Below, one piece after another: positions 58,286 to 64,000 of a stretch of 64,000 bases of DNA. The stretch's first letter is position 1; every line of letters starts with the position of its first letter. The translations under genes and the position numbers were made by a program. The DNA is from Candidatus Parcubacteria bacterium (GTDB lineage: Bacteria > Patescibacteriota > Patescibacteriia > PEXW01). The notes beneath the pieces were generated by a model. That model was not told the DNA's origin. It was given only the letters and a program-made list of their open reading frames with translations, and made no database searches. The DNA lies in contig QZJU01000006.1 in the NCBI GenBank assembly GCA_003597955.1, positions 34,500 through 98,499 on the forward strand, given 5' to 3'.

Positions 58286-58726
58286 ATGCTTACCAAAAAG
58301 GGTTATATGCTAGTCGGGCTTTTTGCCTTGGCCGGGGTAGCGCTTTCCGGGTATCTTTCCTATGTGAATCTTTTCAAAAAAGGCTGCACCGATACTTTTA
58401 TTACTTGCAGCGGAAGCACCGGACCCGTGGAAATTCTCGGCGTGCCGAATTGCGTTTACGGTTTTTTCATGTTTTTAGCAGTTTTGATCTTAGCCTTGTT
58501 TGGCCTGAAAATGACCGAAAAGAAAGGTCTGCATACCTCGGTTTTGGTTTTGGGGGTTATTGGCACGCTCTTTGCCCTGGGTCTTTCTATTTATGAAATT
58601 TTCTGGTTAAAACCCGACACACTGCCGGCCTGTGTTTACGGCCTCTTCTTTTATCTGGGCATTTTAATCACGGCTTGGGTAAGTTCAAGAGCAAAAACTG
58701 AACCCGAACAAAGACCGATTCAGTAA
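58286..58726 (+). CDS. hypothetical 4-TM membrane protein with conserved Cys pairs
   Basis: …KGCTDTFITCSGSTGP… and further Cys in TM segments. It is VKOR/DsbB-like in layout but has no CxxC, so it is left unassigned. Confidence 0.45.
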   Translation: MLTKKGYMLVGLFALAGVALSGYLSYVNLFKKGCTDTFITCSGSTGPVEILGVPNCVYGFFMFLAVLILALFGLKMTEKKGLHTSVLVLGVIGTLFALGLSIYEIFWLKPDTLPACVYGLFFYLGILITAWVSSRAKTEPEQRPIQ

Positions 58727-58737
58727 GTATATTTTCG

Positions 58738-59517
58738 ATGAGTTCAGAGAATTTTGAAAGGAAGCTAAATTTATCTCATGAATTCAATAATGAAGATGTT
58801 GATTTTGGAAAAAAGAGGTTTAAATTTTGGCTGGAAAATGTCCCAAAAGAAATTCGTAGATATGAGTACGAACTCTGGAAATTACATAGAAAGCATTTAC
58901 ACAGGAAATTTAATGAGATTGAAAATTCAGAAAGAATCGGAAGATTTACAAAAGTCCCCGAATTTACGCCGGAAGATGAAGAAAGATATTGGCTAGAATT
59001 TTCTGATAGTTTTTTAAAAGGGAAAGAAAGAGAAGAGAGATTTAAAGAGATATTTAAAACCGCAAAAAACGATTTACCAAATTTGGTAAGTAAATATAAT
59101 ATCTCAAATGAAAACGTCCAACTAATTGCGCTTTCTGGGTCTTCTTTATATGGCCCACGAAAAGAAGGCTCCAAGTTTTCCGACATTGACACAAGTTTTT
59201 TAATTGATGACGAAACAGATTTAAAAAACTCTGAATTTTTTCCCGAACAGGATGAAGATGAATTTACGAGTAAATATCATTTAATAGGCACAGGCAATTC
59301 CGATTTAAGTAGAGGAGAAAGAAACGAAATTCATTGGCTGTTATATCCACATTACCCAATATTAACAAGGATAAATGAGGGAGATTTAGAAAAAATAATT
59401 GAGAAGCTCAGTGCTGAAACATTAAACCGTAAAGTTGAAATAGAAACATCAATACAACAATTACAAAAACAGCTATTATTAGAATCTAATTCAAAGATTT
59501 TTGAAAAGTATGGCTAA
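58738..59517 (+). CDS. putative nucleotidyltransferase (Pol-beta-like NTase fold) with an N-terminal helical extension
   Basis: …IALSGSSLYGPRKEGSKFSDIDTSFLIDDE… matches the GS-x(n)-DxD NTase motif. The gene is markedly AT-rich relative to its flanks. Confidence 0.5.
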   Translation: MSSENFERKLNLSHEFNNEDVDFGKKRFKFWLENVPKEIRRYEYELWKLHRKHLHRKFNEIENSERIGRFTKVPEFTPEDEERYWLEFSDSFLKGKEREERFKEIFKTAKNDLPNLVSKYNISNENVQLIALSGSSLYGPRKEGSKFSDIDTSFLIDDETDLKNSEFFPEQDEDEFTSKYHLIGTGNSDLSRGERNEIHWLLYPHYPILTRINEGDLEKIIEKLSAETLNRKVEIETSIQQLQKQLLLESNSKIFEKYG

Positions 59518-60463
59518 AAAGAAACGGGTTTTGGTAATATTTGGCGGGCCGTCAAATGAACACAATGTCTCTTTGGCAAGCGGGAGATTAGTTAAAGACA
59601 ACCTAAATCAAATGAGTTATGAAGCCCACGAATGCCGAATCACTAAAACCGGGCTTTGGTCATTTGATGAACAGAAGCCTTTAAAATTACCAAAAGCCCT
59701 TGAGTATTTACAACGCAAAAAATTTACAGTCGTATTTTTGGCCTTGCACGGAAAATTTGGTGAAGACGGAAAAATTCAATCAATTCTAGAAGCTTTAAAA
59801 ATTCCTTATACCGGATCAGATTCTGCCAGTTCAGCAATCGCCATGAATAAAGATCTCTCAAATAAGATCGCAAAGTTTTATGATTTTAAAGTTCCAAACT
59901 ACAGTATTTTTACAAAATTTTCACTCCCTGTGTGGAATGTATTTCCATGTGTTGTGAAACCGGTAAGTCAAGGCTCAAGTTATGGGGCCTATATTGTAAA
60001 AAAACCTAAAGAACTAAAAAAAGCCGTAAGCCAAGCGTTTAATTACGACGATAAAATAATGATTCAGGACTTTATTAGAGGCCGAGAAATTACTTGTGGA
60101 GTTTTAGAAAAATCAGGCAGGCCTATAGCTCTACCGCCAACCGAGATAATTCCCCGGGTTTCAGAATTTTTTGATTATAAAGCCAAATATAAAATCAGGG
60201 GTAGTAAGGAAGTAACACCAGCCAAATTAAATAAAAAACAAACAGGGCTTGTTAAAAATCTGGCGTTAGAAGCTCATAAAATGTTTGGATGTCAGGGAAT
60301 GTCGAGGACAGATTTTATTTTAAGGGGAAAAATATTTTATTATTTAGAGACCAATACAATCCCCGGGCTTACCAAAACCAGCCTTTTGCCGCAGCAAGCA
60401 AATGCGGCAGGCATAGATTTTTCAAAAATGCTAGATTTAATTATAGAATCAGCAATTAAGTGA
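59510..60463 (+). CDS. ddl: D-alanine--D-alanine ligase
   Basis: MAKKKRVLVIFGGPSNEHNVSLASG…FLALHGKFGEDGKIQSILEALKIPYTGSDSASSAIAMNK… and the ATP-grasp C-terminus. ATG at 59510 overlaps the preceding stop. Confidence 0.85.
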   Translation: MAKKKRVLVIFGGPSNEHNVSLASGRLVKDNLNQMSYEAHECRITKTGLWSFDEQKPLKLPKALEYLQRKKFTVVFLALHGKFGEDGKIQSILEALKIPYTGSDSASSAIAMNKDLSNKIAKFYDFKVPNYSIFTKFSLPVWNVFPCVVKPVSQGSSYGAYIVKKPKELKKAVSQAFNYDDKIMIQDFIRGREITCGVLEKSGRPIALPPTEIIPRVSEFFDYKAKYKIRGSKEVTPAKLNKKQTGLVKNLALEAHKMFGCQGMSRTDFILRGKIFYYLETNTIPGLTKTSLLPQQANAAGIDFSKMLDLIIESAIK

Positions 60464-60503
60464 TTTTTGTTTCTTAATTTGATTTAAATAACCTTTCAAA
60501 CTT

Positions 60504-61223
60504 ATGGATACGCCCACCGTGCCCCAGCCGGAAATTCAAGCCGTAAAAAAGAAACATAAATTCCGCTGGCTGTATTGGTTAGTTGGAATTATTGTAGTCA
60601 TCTTAATCGCCATCAGCGCAACCGGGGTTTATGCCGTACCCGGCGTCTCGGCGATTTTTGGCATGAACAAGCCCAAAGATTTGGGCATCAAGGTGACCGA
60701 AGAAGCTTATAACACCATCAAGCAAAAAATTCCTCTGCAAATCACGGGCGAAAAGGCGGATTACAGTGCCAGCCCCGCGACGATTTTTACGGGCTCGGCG
60801 CCAGTCGACACGCAAAACACCTCCGAAGAAGTGACTTCTTGGCTTGCCAAAATGCAGGGCCCGGATCCGATTATCAGCCAAGTGCAGGTAAAAATGATTG
60901 AAGGCGGAGTGGAATTTTCAGGGCAAATAAACAAATACCTTAAATCACCGGTCTATGCCAAAGTCATGATTAACCGAACCAGCGAAAATAGCGTGAGCAT
61001 CGACATCACCAGCGCCAAATTAGGAATTTTTAATGTGCCGCAGAAGTATGTCCAGCAGTTTGAAGATTGGGCGCTTAAGCAGGTGAATGGCAGGATGGCC
61101 ACCATCCCGGGTTTCAGTCTGCAGCAGTTGGAATACCATGACGGCTATGACATTTGGAAAGGCACAGTGCCGGCCCAGGTTAAGCCCGCCAAAGGCGGCT
61201 GGACGGATTTGGTTTTAGAGTAA
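60504..61223 (+). CDS. hypothetical membrane-anchored extracytoplasmic protein
   Basis: N-terminal TM (WLYWLVGIIVVILIAISATGVYAV). No recognisable domain. Confidence 0.45.
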   Translation: MDTPTVPQPEIQAVKKKHKFRWLYWLVGIIVVILIAISATGVYAVPGVSAIFGMNKPKDLGIKVTEEAYNTIKQKIPLQITGEKADYSASPATIFTGSAPVDTQNTSEEVTSWLAKMQGPDPIISQVQVKMIEGGVEFSGQINKYLKSPVYAKVMINRTSENSVSIDITSAKLGIFNVPQKYVQQFEDWALKQVNGRMATIPGFSLQQLEYHDGYDIWKGTVPAQVKPAKGGWTDLVLE

Positions 61224-61230
61224 GAGAAAA

Positions 61231-61782
61231 ATGCTTAAAAAGGTTTTCATCATCCACGGCTGGGGCGGTTTCCCAGAAGAAGGCTGGTTTCCCTGGGCAA
61301 AGTCAGGGCTTTTGGCAAAAGGCTTTGCGGTTAAAGTATTTGAAATGCCCAACACAGAAAACCCGGTTATAGAAGAATGGGTCGAATTCCTCCAGAAGAA
61401 CATTGTTCCAGACGATCAAACTTATTTAATCGGCCACAGCATAGGTTGTCAGGCAATTTTGCGGTATTTGGAAAGTTTGCCTTTGAATGTGAAAATCGGC
61501 GGGTCGGTTTTGGTTGCCGGTTGGTTTGATTTGGATAATCTGGAAACCGAAGCCGAAAAAGCCATTGCCAAACCCTGGATAAACACGCCCATTGATTTTG
61601 AAAAAGTTAAAGCGCATTGCGAAAAGTTCACCGCGATTTTATCTGACAACGACCCTTTTGGTTTTTTGGAAAGCAACAAAGAAATTTTTGAAGAGAAATT
61701 GGGCGCGGAAATAAGAGTTTTGAAGAATAAAGGCCATTTGAACGAGATGCGGGAACTGCCCGAAGTGATTCAGGCGCTTTAA
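61231..61782 (+). CDS. alpha/beta serine hydrolase of the YdeN/RBBP9 family
   Basis: …IHGWGG…YLIGHSIGCQAIL… carries the GHSxG nucleophile elbow and is the length typical of PF06821. Confidence 0.65.
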   Translation: MLKKVFIIHGWGGFPEEGWFPWAKSGLLAKGFAVKVFEMPNTENPVIEEWVEFLQKNIVPDDQTYLIGHSIGCQAILRYLESLPLNVKIGGSVLVAGWFDLDNLETEAEKAIAKPWINTPIDFEKVKAHCEKFTAILSDNDPFGFLESNKEIFEEKLGAEIRVLKNKGHLNEMRELPEVIQAL

Positions 61783-61793
61783 AAGACTAATAA

Positions 61794-62216
61794 ATGGAAA
61801 GCAAATTAAAGCTATTTGTGGCGGCAAAAGCCTTGGTGATTTATAAGGGCAAGATTTTGCTGGTCAGGGAGTCGGCTAACAATCCGGTGGGCACCAATAC
61901 CGGTAAATATGATGTAGTCGGGGGACGCTTGGAACCGGGTGAAACCGTGCAAGAATGTTTAAAGCGGGAAGTTTGGGAAGAAACAGGCTTGGAAATAAAA
62001 ATCGGCAAGCCATTTTATGTGACTGAATGGCGGCCAGTGGTCAAAGGTGAAAACTGGCAGATAATTGGCATATTTTTTGAATGTTTTGCTGATTCCGACC
62101 AAGTGAAATTAAGCCAAGACCACGATGCTTATAAATGGCTTGAACCAATAGCTTATAAAGCGGCCGGCATGATTGAGAATTTAATGCCGGTTTTTGAGGC
62201 GTACTTAAAGAAGTAA
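61794..62216 (+). CDS. NUDIX hydrolase
   Basis: GGRLEPGETVQECLKREVWEETGLEI is the Nudix box. Confidence 0.8.
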   Translation: MESKLKLFVAAKALVIYKGKILLVRESANNPVGTNTGKYDVVGGRLEPGETVQECLKREVWEETGLEIKIGKPFYVTEWRPVVKGENWQIIGIFFECFADSDQVKLSQDHDAYKWLEPIAYKAAGMIENLMPVFEAYLKK

Positions 62217-62219
62217 ATT

Positions 62220-62654
62220 ATGCCCGTCTTTTGGATTTTTATTTGGGTTTACGCCGCCATGATTGCTATGGCTTTTTGGGAGGCTTATGTTGAGGGCCGC
62301 AATGCCTGGGCTAAAGGCAAGCTTGGCTGGCAGATCAAGCTCGGAAATTATGTTCTGACCGGTTACCATTTCTTTATTTTTGCGGTCATGTGGCCGCTCA
62401 TGCTGACTTTGCCGTTGGTCATTTACGGTTGGGACACGGAACTTTTCGGCATTTTAGTAAGCGCCTATTTTTCCGGCCTGGTCATTGAGGATTTTATGTG
62501 GTACGTGGTAAACCCGGCCGTGAAATTTTCAGAACTTAACACGGATTTCGCCAATTATTATCCCCGCCTGAAAATCGGGAAAGTTAGAATTCCAATTTTT
62601 TATTTTGTGGGTATTGGTATGGCGGTTGTTTCCTGGCTCTTGCTTTGGAAGTAA
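62220..62654 (+). CDS. hypothetical membrane protein
   Basis: 144 aa with 4 TM helices. Confidence 0.45.
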   Translation: MPVFWIFIWVYAAMIAMAFWEAYVEGRNAWAKGKLGWQIKLGNYVLTGYHFFIFAVMWPLMLTLPLVIYGWDTELFGILVSAYFSGLVIEDFMWYVVNPAVKFSELNTDFANYYPRLKIGKVRIPIFYFVGIGMAVVSWLLLWK

Positions 62655-63238
62655 ACATGAACCGAAGACAAGCAAAAATAAAGCAGGTTGCCGAAAATCG
62701 GCAAGCCGGCTTTGTGGTCGTCCTGGAAGACATTCATGATCCGCACAATGCGGCGGCAATATTGAGGACTTGTGATGCCTTTGGCATACAGGATGTCTGG
62801 TTTATTTTTGATAAAGAAAAAGCCTACAATCCCAAACGCGTGGGCAAATCAAGTTCGTCCTCGACCAATAAGTGGCTGACTTTTCGGATATTCAAATCGG
62901 TTGCCGAATGCAAAGCGGCGTTGAAAAAATTTAAATACGAATCTATTGGCACAGTTTTACATAGTCAGGCCAAAGATTTTACCAAAGCTAAGCTCACTGC
63001 CAAGCGTATTGCCTTGTGGGTCGGAAATGAACATGCCGGCTTGTCCGAGTCAGCCATTGCCGCGTGCGACAGGTTGCTAAAGTTGCCCATGCGGGGTTTT
63101 GTGGAAAGCTTGAATGTTTCAGTCATGGCCGCGATTTGCATTTACGAAATTAGCCGGCAAAGGCAGAAACAGCAAAAGTGGTTTCATTTAAATGCCAAAT
63201 CCGCCCAGAAATTGGAAAGAGATTTTGGGAACAGATAA
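62645..63238 (+). CDS. SpoU/TrmH-family RNA 2'-O-methyltransferase
   Basis: …VVLEDIHDPHNAAAILRTCDAFG…LWVGNEHAGLSE…LKLPMRGFVESLNVSVMAAICIYE… carries the SPOUT motifs. Confidence 0.85.
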   Translation: MEVNMNRRQAKIKQVAENRQAGFVVVLEDIHDPHNAAAILRTCDAFGIQDVWFIFDKEKAYNPKRVGKSSSSSTNKWLTFRIFKSVAECKAALKKFKYESIGTVLHSQAKDFTKAKLTAKRIALWVGNEHAGLSESAIAACDRLLKLPMRGFVESLNVSVMAAICIYEISRQRQKQQKWFHLNAKSAQKLERDFGNR

Positions 63239-63276
63239 TTCCTCATGCCGAATTTATTTGGCATCTCAATATTAAG

Positions 63277-63304
63277 AGATCCTGAAACGAGTTCAGGATG
63301 ACGA
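63277..63304. repeat. second copy of the 28-nt hairpin AGAGATCCTGAAACGAGTTCAGGATGAC, between convergent gene ends
   Basis: Identical to 32816-32843. Overlaps the stop codon of the transketolase-family gene. Confidence 0.5.
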
Positions 63305-64000
63305 TGTTGAGTGAATTGCTCGCACTATCGCTTTAGCTGAAATTCCTTCAAAATCCAGCAACTGTTCCGGTCTGCCAGAACGCGGGATTTTTTTAACAGC
63401 CAAGTGGATAATTTTAACATCCATTCCAGTAACCGCGTTTTTCACGGCTTCACCAATACCGCCTTCGGCTACATGGTCTTCAACCACAATTAAGTTTTTG
63501 GTTCGTTTGGCGGCATTGCGTAGGGTTTTTACATCAATCGGTTTGAGGCTATATAAATCGATAATTCTGACATTGATTTTGCGTTTTTGCAGTTCAGTAT
63601 AAGCTTTTAGGGCTTCGTGCAGAGTTATGCCGGCCGCGATTATCGTGGCCACATCTTTTTGGCTTTGCTTTAAAATTTTGCAGCCGCCAATGGGAAAATT
63701 CTCGGTGTTTCTATAAATCACCGGGGTTTTACCGCGCGTAGTGCGGAGGTAAACCAAGCCCTTAGCTTTGGCGGCTTGCTCGACCAGTTTTTCCGCGGCC
63801 ACGGCATCGCTGGGATATAAAACTATAGAATTTTGCAAAGTCCGGAACATTGCCAGATCCTCCAAACCCATTTGCGAAGCCCCATCTTCGCCAATGGAAA
63901 CGCCGGCATGGGAGCCGCAAAAAACCAGATGCGCGTTTGCGTATTGGCTCATTCGGATTTGGTCAAAAGCCCGGGTCAAAAACGCGGCAAAGCTGGAAAT
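63293..64000 (-). CDS. transketolase-family protein, C-terminal (pyrimidine-binding plus C-terminal domain) portion; the 5' end is outside the window
   Basis: …AFLTRAFDQIRMSQYANAHLVFCGSHAGVSIGEDGASQMGLEDLAMFRTLQNSIVLYPSDAVAAEKLV… The reading frame continues to the window edge. Confidence 0.85.
   Translation of the reverse strand: MSSFAAFLTRAFDQIRMSQYANAHLVFCGSHAGVSIGEDGASQMGLEDLAMFRTLQNSIVLYPSDAVAAEKLVEQAAKAKGLVYLRTTRGKTPVIYRNTENFPIGGCKILKQSQKDVATIIAAGITLHEALKAYTELQKRKINVRIIDLYSLKPIDVKTLRNAAKRTKNLIVVEDHVAEGGIGEAVKNAVTGMDVKIIHLAVKKIPRSGRPEQLLDFEGISAKAIVRAIHSTSSS

Noticed and set aside
58286-58726. Vitamin K epoxide reductase/DsbB assignment for the 4-TM Cys-containing membrane protein
   Set aside because: The Cys spacing (C-x6-C, plus isolated Cys) lacks the CxxC active site required for VKOR or DsbB, so it is left as hypothetical.

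Overview
This 64-kb window appears to come from a small, compact bacterial genome. That assignment is an inference from three observations: short versions of housekeeping proteins, a 16S rRNA carrying a large homing-endonuclease-bearing insertion, and a 16S that is not followed by a 23S; together these are consistent with a CPR/Patescibacteria-like lineage. About 47% GC, with AT-rich islands.

Housekeeping genes recognised from the translations:
- RuvB C-terminal fragment, TypA/BipA, QueA and Tgt (overlapping stop/start).
- Ribosomal proteins bL19, bL32, bS16 and S1.
- NusB, RNase III, FtsH, GyrA, SMC, TrmD.
- RluA-family pseudouridine synthase and a short CCA/poly(A)-polymerase-family nucleotidyltransferase.
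- D-Ala-D-Ala ligase, a TrmH/SpoU methyltransferase, a NUDIX hydrolase and a transketolase C-terminal subunit that runs off the window.

Accessory and envelope content:
- A surface-glycan cluster (Wzx-like flippase, GT4 glycosyltransferase, two Wzy/O-antigen-ligase-like proteins).
- A SpoIID/LytB protein, and a PF04020 holin-like protein next to a 3D-domain protein.
- A PspC / LiaF-like / ABC-exporter envelope-stress cluster.
- An ECF sigma factor with a putative anti-sigma partner.
- An HD-GYP protein.
- A thioredoxin–DsbD-like fusion next to a DUF134/DUF5320 pair.
- Two LAGLIDADG homing endonucleases: one free-standing, one inside the 16S.

RNA content:
- A 16S rRNA of about 2.47 kb with an ~840-nt intervening sequence and an expanded V1 helix.
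- Eight tRNAs: Gly-GCC, Cys-GCA, Leu-GAG, one with anticodon UAU, Ile-GAU, Val-GAC, Phe-GAA and Pro-UGG.
- A tRNA array after the 16S containing tRNA pseudo-copies and fragments that carry GC-hairpin insertions at exactly the same T-loop position.

Repeated non-coding elements, which are the most unusual signals here:
- An inverted-repeat element of about 110 bp present twice in opposite orientation, with a compensatory change between copies.
- A conserved trailer of about 110 nt with a CCAAATTTTTC/GAAAAATTTGG hairpin after two tRNA genes.
- A 28-nt hairpin present twice.
- A 16-nt GC motif shared by two tRNA-upstream regions.

No CRISPR array, integrase or transposase is visible.
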